The notes: generated by a model not told the origin, from the letters alone. A DNA stretch of 63,932 nt, filler included, from an uncultured bacterium (GCA_964429075.1; 7 parts of 7 records of this genome joined end to end with filler, not necessarily neighbours in it); one strand, 5' to 3'; shown: positions 1 to 9,229, counted from the first letter of the whole stretch. A program made the numbers and translations.

Positions 1-2366
1 ATCAGAAGGTTTTTACCATCCTTTGAGTATCTTATTGTTAATGCTGGTGGAGTTCTGTCTATAGTGATTTTAAAACTGAGAGGGGTTGGATCTACACTGC
101 GGGGCATCCCCTTATATCGTGATCTTATCTGAATGTAATGTTCTCCCTCTAAGGCCAAAAGTGGGCTGGTTATCTTGAGTACATCAAATGGAACATAGGG
201 ACTCCACAAAGAGTTGTCTATCCTGTAGGAGAACTCTCTGTCTTTCCCCCACATTTTGAATAATAAAATTGGAAACTTACCTGTACTATAATCTATATTT
301 TTTAAGCTTCCTTCTGTCTCTGAAGAAAGGATGATCGGGTTTTGACCCTGTGGAACAAAATCGAGCCTGGCAAAGACTCCTATAAAATCGTAAGGTCCGT
401 TTGCACTTCCATCTGTTGCAACTCCCCTTATTCTGTTGTCATCAAGAACAAGTTTCAGTCCCTGAAGGTCAGGTATTGGGATCTGTACATTTATAACACC
501 AGAAAGCATGGACATTACCGACCCGAGTAGTGTGTTGAGGCTATCCTGGATCTGTGCAGGATCCTCCTTCAACAACTCACTGTATGTGACCTGTAGGTTA
601 TTTACCGCTATAGCATTGCTTGGCATTACAGGTATTAGTACGGTCTGCCCTGTCTGGCTGTCTATGTCAGTAGCAAGACTCAATGCAATGTCTATATCTT
701 GATCTGTGCTCAGGACCCTTACCATCCTTTCTTCAACCACTGCATAAAAATCTATTGAAAGACCATGGAGCATTATAGTAATAAGTGGATCTTCTGTAAC
801 AGGTCCCTGATCTGTAAACTCTACAATACCGGATCCGATTTTGAGAACCGGGGCCTGCGATGGTCTTAGTACAATCTTCATTGGTGAGGGGTTATTGTGG
901 GTTATCTCGCCCAAAGATGGCAGGAGAGTGGATAACATTGATGTATTAAGCATATCAAAACTCGATGTATCTACCGAAAGACACAGACCACCAGATGCAT
1001 AGAAACTCCAGAGTGTATAATTTAAGAATTGCTTTGCAACAAGTATGGCTGCATCGTATCCTTCATCCTGATCAATTGTGCCATCGCCATTAAAATCCAA
1101 TGAATCTGGTAGTTGAGGTCTTTGAGGCACTCCAAAATCAGGTGTTTCTGTAACCTGAACACAGTCTGATAAATCTGGTTCAAAGCCAGATAATACCCTT
1201 ATTTCAAGGCCATCATTGACTATAATTGGATCGACTGTTGTCTGTAGTTGCTGCCCTGGTGCAATCTGATATTTGAGAGAAACATCGGTTTGAAAATCTA
1301 CATCCTGAACAGAATCTGAGATATTCATCTTGCCAACAGAACCCAGTGGTTTTGGTACACAGGTTATAGTCTGATCTACTTCGCACTGAGAATTTGGATC
1401 CATAGGATCAGATTGGTTTCTGCAGTGAGCTCCATCTTGACAGCCAAGAGAATAATAATCGCAGGGCATACATAGATTTTTGTTGATCGCATCGGTTATC
1501 TGACCCTTAGTCATATCAACAACAGCATTCCCTATGGTATCAATAAGTAGTGACTTGATTGGTCCCCAATCAAGAAAACTACAGATATTACCAAATTGAA
1601 AATCTCCAGAATCAAGAGTAAAACTGATATCCTTTATATCGAGCGTCAGAAACTTTGTAAGATATTCTTCTGTAACCAGTGCAAGTAACATCTCGACAGG
1701 CTTATTATATATACCTATATCAATACTACAGTTAAAGTTGTTCTGAAGCCAGTCGTTAACTCCAAAACAGTTATATATGTCACTACAGTCACAGGGTGAA
1801 AAAATAGAACACCCACACATTGCAAGAAGTCCAGAATTGTTAATTGTGTTTAGGGTAGATTGACTTATATCACATGACAGCTGGGGTTCAATATGTATCG
1901 GTCCAACAGAAACAATATCTGCCCATACCTTGGAGTCAACTACATTTGGTGGGCTTGTAGAAAATTGACTGCTGTTTACTGAAATCTGTATTTCACAGTC
2001 TCCTATACATAGCCATACCTCAACACTAACAAGACAGTTTATTCCTATTGAACTCAAATCTGGCACACCAACCAGATTGTCAAGACAAAGATCATAGACC
2101 TTCTGTTGAGGAATAGGAAAGCTGAAACCATAGGGCATAAACATGTTGAGGATATCTCCAAGGTGTTGCTCAACAAAATCAAATCCACTACTTGTTACGC
2201 GCATCTGTAGGCCGTCGTACATGATTTTATCCTGTGTTATAGGTTTGTCAGGCTGGGTTGAGCAACTACATCCTCCACCTCCACAACCATCACCCGAAAG
2301 GGAAAAGATTAGAATTAAAAAAAATACTGAAAACAGCTTTATAGATAGTGTACTTTTTATCTTCAT
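1..2366 (-). CDS. Large exported Cys-containing protein with BPI/LBP-like (TULIP) N- and C-domain motifs, an EF-hand-like loop and a C-terminal Ig/FN3-like segment; 3'-truncated by the window edge
   Basis: Not in the ORF track because it has no stop in the window. Read by hand from ATG at 2366: MKIKSTLSIKLFSVFFLILIFSLSGDGCGGGGCSCS...YDGLQMRVTSSGFDFVEQHL...DFNGDGTIDQDEGYDAAILVAKQFLNYTLWSFYASGGLCLSV...FSYRIDNSLWSPY...RYSKDGKNLL. Frame is consistent from 2366 to position 3. Confidence 0.8.
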   Translation of the reverse strand, partial: MKIKSTLSIKLFSVFFLILIFSLSGDGCGGGGCSCSTQPDKPITQDKIMYDGLQMRVTSSGFDFVEQHLGDILNMFMPYGFSFPIPQQKVYDLCLDNLVGVPDLSSIGINCLVSVEVWLCIGDCEIQISVNSSQFSTSPPNVVDSKVWADIVSVGPIHIEPQLSCDISQSTLNTINNSGLLAMCGCSIFSPCDCSDIYNCFGVNDWLQNNFNCSIDIGIYNKPVEMLLALVTEEYLTKFLTLDIKDISFTLDSGDFQFGNICSFLDWGPIKSLLIDTIGNAVVDMTKGQITDAINKNLCMPCDYYSLGCQDGAHCRNQSDPMDPNSQCEVDQTITCVPKPLGSVGKMNISDSVQDVDFQTDVSLKYQIAPGQQLQTTVDPIIVNDGLEIRVLSGFEPDLSDCVQVTETPDFGVPQRPQLPDSLDFNGDGTIDQDEGYDAAILVAKQFLNYTLWSFYASGGLCLSVDTSSFDMLNTSMLSTLLPSLGEITHNNPSPMKIVLRPSQAPVLKIGSGIVEFTDQGPVTEDPLITIMLHGLSIDFYAVVEERMVRVLSTDQDIDIALSLATDIDSQTGQTVLIPVMPSNAIAVNNLQVTYSELLKEDPAQIQDSLNTLLGSVMSMLSGVINVQIPIPDLQGLKLVLDDNRIRGVATDGSANGPYDFIGVFARLDFVPQGQNPIILSSETEGSLKNIDYSTGKFPILLFKMWGKDREFSYRIDNSLWSPYVPFDVLKITSPLLALEGEHYIQIRSRYKGMPRSVDPTPLSFKITIDRTPPALTIRYSKDGKNLL

Positions 2367-2454
2367 TCTTTTACCCCGTAAATGTCTGATAAAAAGCATA
2401 TCACTATTTGAATTTATTTACAATCTATATTAGAATTATTACTAAGTGAGCTAT

Positions 2455-2481
2455 TTGACAAAAACGAAACAGCCTTATAAT
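2455..2481 (+). promoter_or_regulatory. Putative sigma70 promoter for the Cys-rich lipoprotein pair
   Basis: TTGACA (2455-2460) and TATAAT (2476-2481), perfect hexamers but a short 15-nt spacer; GGAGG SD before ATG 2518. Confidence 0.45.
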
Positions 2482-2517
2482 AAATATATAATAAATATAT
2501 TTCCGGAGGATTAAAAA

Positions 2518-3480
2518 ATGAGATATCTTGCGAAGATCTTTTTATTAATCTTTTTAGTTTTTGGTCTTGTTTTTTGTGGGAAGTCAACTGGAAATAATAA
2601 AGGAAATAACGACAACAATGGATCGGGCACAAATTTCTGTGCTTCAGATTCAGAATGCCCGGATGGACAGGTGTGTAATGGTGGTGTTTGTGAGGATGAA
2701 GGCATTACAAAATGTAGCAGTGATGCAGACTGTTCAGGTGGCAAAAAGTGTAATATGGTAAGTGGAAACTGTGTGGAATGCCTTTCAGACTCAGATTGTC
2801 AGACTGATTACAGTTGTGTAAACAACGAATGCAAACCAATCTCAGCAGGTTCGTGCGATCCTCCCTGTGCAGATGGTGAAAAGTGTGTTGAGAGACTCTC
2901 TCAGTGCAAACCACAGGACTGGTGCAGTCAGGATAGTGATTGTCCTACAGGACAGGCCTGCAATATGTTGAGTAATACCTGTGAGCAGAGCGGCTGTGTT
3001 GCAGACTCAGATTGCCCTACGGGTTATTATTGCGACAATGGTGAGTGTAAACAGGATCCCTGTGGTGGCATGTGCCAGGGGGCAACTCCCTATTGCGATG
3101 AGACAACAGGTACCTGCGTAGAGTGTCTTGGTGATAGGCACTGTCAGGCCGGTGAGGTTTGTGATGCCAGTACCCATACCTGTCAACCAGAAGGTGGTGG
3201 GTCCTGCTGTCCTGGCGGAAGCTGTCCAGGTGGCTATGTATGCAACGAGACCACCTGTCAGTGTGAACCTCCTGGTGGTGGGTGTCAGGATGGTGCTCAG
3301 TGTCAAACAAACTCAGACTGTGGATCGGGTGGTACATGTAACCCACTTACAATGACCTGTAGCTGTGGTGGTGGAGGAGGTGGTAACTGTCAGCAGATCG
3401 GAGATCCCAACATGTGTATGCTTCTTTGTTCCTTTATGGGTGGCACATGTGATGCACAGGGCAACTGTTGTACTCCATAG
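2518..3480 (+). CDS. Cys-rich repeat lipoprotein
   Basis: Signal peptide ending LVFC-G; tandem C-x-x-D-x-D-C-x5-C-x4/6-C units; 51 Cys by hand count. Confidence 0.85.
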   Translation: MRYLAKIFLLIFLVFGLVFCGKSTGNNKGNNDNNGSGTNFCASDSECPDGQVCNGGVCEDEGITKCSSDADCSGGKKCNMVSGNCVECLSDSDCQTDYSCVNNECKPISAGSCDPPCADGEKCVERLSQCKPQDWCSQDSDCPTGQACNMLSNTCEQSGCVADSDCPTGYYCDNGECKQDPCGGMCQGATPYCDETTGTCVECLGDRHCQAGEVCDASTHTCQPEGGGSCCPGGSCPGGYVCNETTCQCEPPGGGCQDGAQCQTNSDCGSGGTCNPLTMTCSCGGGGGGNCQQIGDPNMCMLLCSFMGGTCDAQGNCCTP

Positions 3481-3515
3481 CTAATTCTAAAAAACTTAAT
3501 TTTGAGACATAAGCT

Positions 3516-4322
3516 ATGAGTTATGCAAGATTAACATTTATTCTTACAATCTCTTTAATCTTATACGTATCTGCATGTGGTAAAGACAACACAAACAAAT
3601 CTGACAACAGACCTGATTGCTATATAGATACAGACTGCCCTTCAGGTTATTTCTGTACTGATGGCAGCTGCAAGATAAAACAGTGTGAGAATGACTCTGA
3701 TTGCTCTTCAGATATGGTCTGTAATCTTATTACATACGAATGTGAAACACCACAGACTCACTGCAGTCCAATAGATGATTGTGTGTCTGACAATGATTGT
3801 TTTCCCACACAGTCCTGTATTGGATGTAGATGTATAGATAAAAGCAGCATTTGTGATCCAGAATGTTCAGAAAATGAGGTATGCGTACAGAATACCTGCG
3901 TTGAAGATACACCCTGTGATCCAGAATGCAATCCTGGTATGCATTGCATAGAGCAAGATTCAGAATATGTTTGCGTTGAATGTGTAACAAACGCAGATTG
4001 TACAGACGGTAAACTGTGTTATCAAAACAGCTGTCAGGATGAGTCAACTCTATGTAACTGTATGCCTGGCGATGTATGTGATACAACTGGAGATGTCCCT
4101 CACTGCAGACCAAAGGAGTGTGATACAGATGCAGACTGCATGCAGGGCGAGATCTGTGTCAACAACCTTTGTGAGTCTGACCCCAATTACAACTGTAACA
4201 TCCAGTGTCCTCTTGGATATCGATGCAACAACGATACTGCTAACTGCGAGCCAATACCCTGTAACACCGATGCAGATTGCCCACAGGACATGACATGTGT
4301 TAATGGGATCTGCGGCTTTTAA
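3516..4322 (+). CDS. Cys-rich repeat lipoprotein
   Basis: Lipobox VSAC-G; same four-Cys repeat; 43 Cys by hand count. Confidence 0.85.
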   Translation: MSYARLTFILTISLILYVSACGKDNTNKSDNRPDCYIDTDCPSGYFCTDGSCKIKQCENDSDCSSDMVCNLITYECETPQTHCSPIDDCVSDNDCFPTQSCIGCRCIDKSSICDPECSENEVCVQNTCVEDTPCDPECNPGMHCIEQDSEYVCVECVTNADCTDGKLCYQNSCQDESTLCNCMPGDVCDTTGDVPHCRPKECDTDADCMQGEICVNNLCESDPNYNCNIQCPLGYRCNNDTANCEPIPCNTDADCPQDMTCVNGICGF

Positions 4323-4402
4323 ACCAAATAGGTCGATTTACCTATATACAATACTGTGATTTTTACCCATAATAGATTTAGAACATATCAATGGAGGAGA
4401 AA

Positions 4403-4672
4403 ATGAAAAAAAGTAGTGCAAGAAGGTTATTGAAGAATAAGAAAGGTCAGGGTATGGTGGAGTACATCATAGTTATTGCCCTTGTAATGATCGCCGCAAT
4501 TGGGATCATATCGCTGTTCGGTAAAAACATCAGAGCACTATTTGCAGGCGCTGTAGATGCCCTTGGTGGGAATACAAATGTATCAGTTGAAACCCACGAA
4601 GCAGCACAGGTACAGGATAAGAATCTTAAAGATTTTGGTGAAAATCTGGGTGCGAGCGACGTTCAACAGTAA
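4403..4672 (+). CDS. Flp/Tad-type pilin
   Basis: Basic leader, then prepilin site G|QGMVEY (E5, Y6) and a hydrophobic helix; GGAGGAG SD before ATG 4403. Confidence 0.88.
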   Translation: MKKSSARRLLKNKKGQGMVEYIIVIALVMIAAIGIISLFGKNIRALFAGAVDALGGNTNVSVETHEAAQVQDKNLKDFGENLGASDVQQ

Positions 4673-4701
4673 GCATTTGTGTACAATTTAGGTTTAATTT
4701 G

Positions 4702-4727
4702 GGCCACTTTTTTAAGTGGCCTTTTTT
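4702..4727 (+). terminator. Rho-independent terminator after the pilin
   Basis: GGCCACTT-TTTT-AAGTGGCC followed by TTTTTT. Confidence 0.8.
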
Positions 4728-4743
4728 GTTTTTAAGGCACTAA

Positions 4744-4772
4744 TTGACATAATCCAAAAAAATTATTATATT
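4744..4772 (+). promoter_or_regulatory. sigma70 promoter of trxA
   Basis: TTGACA-N17-TATATT. Confidence 0.65.
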
Positions 4773-4804
4773 CTAATAATCTAATATTTTAATGGAGGAT
4801 GGAT

Positions 4805-5134
4805 ATGCCAAATGTGATGGAAGTAACAGATGGAACCTTTGAAAAAGAGGTACTTAAGTCAGATCTGCCCGTATTTGTTGATTTCTGGGCACCGTGGTGT
4901 GGCCCATGCAGGATGGTATCACCTATTGTAGAAGAGCTATCAGATGAGTATGATGGTAAGGTTAAATTCTGCAAGGTAAACACCGATGAGAATCAGATGG
5001 TGGCATCAAGTCTCGGTATTAGAAGTATCCCAACCATGATTATTTTTAAGGATGGTAAACCGGTTGATGCAGCTATAGGCGCCATGCCAAAGGAGATGTT
5101 AAAGGACTTTATTGATAGAACAATTGCCAAATAA
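4805..5134 (+). CDS. trxA: Thioredoxin
   Basis: DFWAPWCGPC active site and IPT cis-Pro motif; start 4805 or 4799. Confidence 0.96.
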   Translation: MPNVMEVTDGTFEKEVLKSDLPVFVDFWAPWCGPCRMVSPIVEELSDEYDGKVKFCKVNTDENQMVASSLGIRSIPTMIIFKDGKPVDAAIGAMPKEMLKDFIDRTIAK

Positions 5135-5158
5135 CCTGTGCTTTAAAAATAAATAAAT

Positions 5159-5189
5159 AAAAAAAAGCGGGCAAATGCCCGCTTTTTTT
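5159..5189. terminator. Bidirectional terminator between trxA and the fad operon
   Basis: A-tract, GCGGGC-AAAT-GCCCGC, T-tract. Confidence 0.85.
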
Positions 5190-5191
5190 AT

Positions 5192-7570
5192 TCAGTTTCT
5201 AAGAGGTTTGCCGGTCATCAATAGGGCCTGCATCCTTTCCTGACTCTTCTTTTCACCACAAAGGCTCACAAATGCCTCTCTCTCAAGATCAAGAAGATAT
5301 TGCTCTGTTACAGGCTTCCATCTCTTTGCCTCATCTCCACCACACAGGATATGAGCCAGCTTGGAGCCAATTAATTCATCGTGTTCACTGATAAGACCCC
5401 TTAGTCTCATACTTTTTAATGAGTCTACAAGTACTAGTTCTACTTCTTTACCCGGGAGATAGATCTCTTCTAAGGGAGTTTGTGATTTGTAATTCTCTGA
5501 CATCTTGATCGCAATCTCTTTGGCCTTTTTAATCCTGTGATCTGGATTAAATACGAATATATCATCGCTTTTTAGGTATCCTAACTTTTTGGCATTTTTT
5601 GCACTCATAGATACCTTTGCAAAGCCAATGAGTTCGAAGGCCTTTCTTATTGGAGGGAAGAAACCACCCTGAACAGACTCCTGCATCCTTATTACCATCT
5701 CTTTACAACCACCGCCAGCAGGGATGAGGCCGGCACCCACCTCAACAAGACCCATATAAAGCTCAGGGGATGCAACAACACGGTTTGAGCCAAGTATGAC
5801 TTCACAGCCTCCGCCCAGTGCCATATTGTGTGGTGCAGAGACCACTGGAATAGATGAATACTTTAACCGCATGGTAGCACTCTGGAATTGTCTGACTGCC
5901 TCATTGACTGCATCCCAATCACCGGATTGACTCAACATCAGAATCAACATCAGATTTGCACCTGCAGAAAAGTGTTCACCATCGTTTGCCACAACGAGAC
6001 CTCTACCATCCTTTTCTGCAATATCACATGCCCTGTGGATCATCTTTATGATGTCATCATCTATGGCATTCATTTTGGAATGAAATTCAAGCAGAAAGAT
6101 TCCATCATCGATATCATAGATGCTTGCAGATAGATTTTTTTCTACAAGCTTTTCTTTGCTGGATTTTAGTATGTCAAAGTAAAAGGATGATGGGTCGAGT
6201 TCTACAGGTTTATAATCTCTCTGTGTAAAATCAAAGTACAACTTTTTCATATTTTCATAGCGGTAAAGATCTTCTATATCCTTAAGGTCATCTGGAACCG
6301 GTTTGGATGTTTCAGAAAGACGTTTTGTAAAAAAGTCAAGTCCGATTGCATCAAGGCTCTCAAAAGGACCCATGTCCCAGCCAAAGCCCCATCTCATTGC
6401 TCTATCTATATCGACAATATTGTTGGCAATCTCATCTTTTATCTTCAGGGTGTAAAGAATAGTTGAGCTGAACACCTCCCATGCCATTCTGGCAGCATCA
6501 TCTTCACCTGCAAGGAGAGTCTTGAGTCTTTCTGAGGGATCGTCGATCGACTTTGCTGCACTCAGAGATGGAAATTTCCTTTTTTCTGGTTCAAAATACT
6601 CCATCTTTTTGACATCTAATGCAAGGATCTTCTTTTGTCCGTTCTTTTTGATCCTTTTGTAGAAGCCACCTCCTGCCTTTGCACCGAGTAGTTTTTGATC
6701 TATCATAGTTTTTAAGAACTCTGGTGGCCTAAAAAGATCCCTCTCTGGATCATCCGGACATCCTTCGTAAATGTTGTTTGCCACATGATAGAGTGTATCT
6801 ATTCCTACAAGATCAGCTGTTCTGAACACAGCACTCTTTGGTCTACCCATCGGTTTTCCAAAAATGTTGTCTATATCTTTGATAGTCAAGCTGGATTCAG
6901 GAAGGAGTGAGAGGACCTTCATCATTCCATATACACCGATGCGGTTGGCTATAAAATTTGGTGTATCCTTGGCCTCAACTACACCTTTACCAACCCTGTC
7001 CCTTATAAAATGATACATGAACTTGAATACATCTTCATCTGTGTCATTGGTCCTTACAAGTTCGACAAGTCTGAGATATCTAGGTGGGTTAAAGAAGTGG
7101 GTGATTAACATGTGTGCCCTCATCTCTTCATCAAGACCCTCTTTGAGGAGCCTTAGAGGAATACCGGATGTGTTGGAACTGACAATACTTTTTTTCTTTC
7201 TGTATCTTGAAATGGTCTCAAACACCTTTCGTTTGATGTCTAAGTTTTCCACGACAACCTCAATGATCCAATCTGCCTCCCTCATCTTCTCGATGTCATC
7301 CTCCAGATTACCAAGTTCTATTCTCCTTGCATCCCGTTTGTCATAGAGATGGGGTGGTTTTGCTTCGAGCATCCTTTTGAAGTTTGTTTCAACTATGTAA
7401 TTTCTTACCTTTCTATCCCGGGGACTCAGACCCTTAAGTTCAGAAGGGACATCTTTTGGAACTATGTCCAAAAGGAGTACATCTATTCCTACATTGGCAA
7501 GATGGGCAGCAATGCCTGAGCCCATAACCCCGGAACCTACTATACAGACCTTTCTTATATCATCAACCAT
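5192..7570 (-). CDS. fadN: 3-hydroxyacyl-CoA dehydrogenase / enoyl-CoA hydratase (FadN-type)
   Basis: GSGVMGSG Rossmann motif, SSNTSG, HFFNPPRY, C-terminal crotonase domain (GGGCE, PAGGGCKE), ends GKPLRN. Confidence 0.92.
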   Translation of the reverse strand: MVDDIRKVCIVGSGVMGSGIAAHLANVGIDVLLLDIVPKDVPSELKGLSPRDRKVRNYIVETNFKRMLEAKPPHLYDKRDARRIELGNLEDDIEKMREADWIIEVVVENLDIKRKVFETISRYRKKKSIVSSNTSGIPLRLLKEGLDEEMRAHMLITHFFNPPRYLRLVELVRTNDTDEDVFKFMYHFIRDRVGKGVVEAKDTPNFIANRIGVYGMMKVLSLLPESSLTIKDIDNIFGKPMGRPKSAVFRTADLVGIDTLYHVANNIYEGCPDDPERDLFRPPEFLKTMIDQKLLGAKAGGGFYKRIKKNGQKKILALDVKKMEYFEPEKRKFPSLSAAKSIDDPSERLKTLLAGEDDAARMAWEVFSSTILYTLKIKDEIANNIVDIDRAMRWGFGWDMGPFESLDAIGLDFFTKRLSETSKPVPDDLKDIEDLYRYENMKKLYFDFTQRDYKPVELDPSSFYFDILKSSKEKLVEKNLSASIYDIDDGIFLLEFHSKMNAIDDDIIKMIHRACDIAEKDGRGLVVANDGEHFSAGANLMLILMLSQSGDWDAVNEAVRQFQSATMRLKYSSIPVVSAPHNMALGGGCEVILGSNRVVASPELYMGLVEVGAGLIPAGGGCKEMVIRMQESVQGGFFPPIRKAFELIGFAKVSMSAKNAKKLGYLKSDDIFVFNPDHRIKKAKEIAIKMSENYKSQTPLEEIYLPGKEVELVLVDSLKSMRLRGLISEHDELIGSKLAHILCGGDEAKRWKPVTEQYLLDLEREAFVSLCGEKKSQERMQALLMTGKPLRN

Positions 7571-7596
7571 TATTTACCTCCATTATAAAGGTAGAA

Positions 7597-8742
7597 TCAA
7601 ACCCTCTCAATTATAGTTGCAAGACCCTGCCCACCACCTATGCACATTGTCTCAAGACCAACAGTCTTATCAAAGTCTATAAGATCATAAATCAGGGTCG
7701 ACATGATCCTTGCACCGGTACAGCCGAGGGGATGACCAATTGCAATTGCTCCACCCTTTGGATTTAGCTTTGATTCATCGATCCCGAGTTGATCAACAAC
7801 AGCAATTGATTGTGAAGCGAATGCCTCGTTTAGTTCGACTATGTCTATATCAGACAGACTCATACCTGCCCTCTTCAATGCCTTTGGCACAGCTTTCACA
7901 GGCCCGACACCCATAAATTCAGGTTCAACCCCTGCTGCTGCAAAAGCAACAATCCTTGCAAGTGGTTTTACACCATATTTCTTTACAGCAGACTCAGACA
8001 TAATAACACATGCAGCAGCACCATCATTCATAGGGCTTGAATTTCCAGCAGTTACAGTACCATCAGCCATAAATGCAGGTTTGAGTTCTGCAAGCTTTTC
8101 AAGAGATGTATCTTCTCTTGGACATTCATCCTTATCAAAGATCCGCCCATCAGATAGGGTAACAGGTACAATTTCTTTTTTAAAAAGTCCATCTTTTTGG
8201 GCCTTGATTGCCTTCTGGTGACTCTTTAATGCAAATCTGTCCTGTGCCTCCCTTGTAATGTTATATTTCTTTGCAATATTCTCTGCAGTTATACCCATTG
8301 GAATGTATGCCTGTGGAAAATCGGGGTTGAAGAATTTTTCATTAAAAGAGGGGTTAAATCCACCCATTGGTACATGAGACATACTCTCCACACCTCCAAC
8401 CACGAAGATATCCCCAAAACCTGACATTATGTATGATGCCGCAATGTTAATCGCCTCAAGACTTGAGGCACAAAATCTGTTCACTGTAAATGCCGGGACA
8501 TCTACCGGAAAGCCAGCAAGTAGCCATATCAATCTTGCCACATTAAGACCCTGTTCACCTTCCGGCATTGCACAACCAATAATTACATCATCAACATCTT
8601 CAGGCTTCAACCCTTCGACTCGCAAGACAGCCTCTTTTACTACAAGGGCACCAAGATCATCTATTCTCTCTGTTACAAGACTACCTTTGTTTGCCTTTCC
8701 AATAGGGGTCCTTACTGCAGACACAATGTAAGCCTTAGCCAT
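7597..8742 (-). CDS. fadA: Acetyl-CoA C-acyltransferase (3-ketoacyl-CoA thiolase)
   Basis: NRFCASS, NEAFA, GHPLGCTG and CIGGGQG motifs. Confidence 0.92.
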   Translation of the reverse strand: MAKAYIVSAVRTPIGKANKGSLVTERIDDLGALVVKEAVLRVEGLKPEDVDDVIIGCAMPEGEQGLNVARLIWLLAGFPVDVPAFTVNRFCASSLEAINIAASYIMSGFGDIFVVGGVESMSHVPMGGFNPSFNEKFFNPDFPQAYIPMGITAENIAKKYNITREAQDRFALKSHQKAIKAQKDGLFKKEIVPVTLSDGRIFDKDECPREDTSLEKLAELKPAFMADGTVTAGNSSPMNDGAAACVIMSESAVKKYGVKPLARIVAFAAAGVEPEFMGVGPVKAVPKALKRAGMSLSDIDIVELNEAFASQSIAVVDQLGIDESKLNPKGGAIAIGHPLGCTGARIMSTLIYDLIDFDKTVGLETMCIGGGQGLATIIERV

Positions 8743-9091
8743 TTTCTCCTCCTTCTGGTGTTAAAGATTTTGTTTTATTCATTAGATATATAATATTTGC
8801 AGGGCACATAAAAAAATCATCGATGTTTAAACTCTCTTTACCAGCTGTCTCATCGTGGTATACAACATCTATCCTGAAGGGGTAGTCACTTTTGAGAGGA
8901 TCACAAATCCCGCACTCTATACAACCCCAGCGTTGAAAACTTTTTTCGATCTTATCAATATCGAATGGATAAAGACCATCATCTTTATAAAGGTCTATAA
9001 AGACATCAGCACCCTCATCCTCAGGTGATCTGGTTAATCTCGAAACAAGATGTTTTATGAGTGCCAACCCGAGTATTATATAGCTCTTCAT
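8735..9091 (-). CDS. Small hypothetical protein with a ferredoxin-like CxxCxxC...CP motif
   Basis: GCIECGICD...MCP; overlaps the thiolase start by 8 nt. Confidence 0.6.
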   Translation of the reverse strand: MKSYIILGLALIKHLVSRLTRSPEDEGADVFIDLYKDDGLYPFDIDKIEKSFQRWGCIECGICDPLKSDYPFRIDVVYHDETAGKESLNIDDFFMCPANIIYLMNKTKSLTPEGGENG

Positions 9092-9170
9092 GATAATATA
9101 CTTTTCGTTGAATAATCCCTATCATTTATGGAACAGTGTGTCAAACATAAACAGATATTGTATGTATAAT

Positions 9171-9195
9171 AAAAAAGGACCCAAAAAGGGTCCTT
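9171..9195 (-). terminator. Terminator of sodB
   Basis: Minus strand AAGGACCC-TTTTT-GGGTCC-TTTTTT. Confidence 0.75.
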
Positions 9196-9229
9196 GATGA
9201 GTGATTATTTTAAGGGGTACTCGCTCTGC

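Noticed and set aside
342-2433. Short + strand ORFs in the track (342, 508, 2143) and the many other antisense ORFs across the window
   Set aside because: Shadows of longer, motif-bearing genes on the opposite strand or in another frame.
2518-4322. Cys-rich proteins as multiheme cytochromes, metallothioneins or TraA
   Set aside because: No CxxCH motifs, lipoprotein signals are present, and there is no TraA-type head domain, C-terminal sorting tag or adjacent TraB-like gene.
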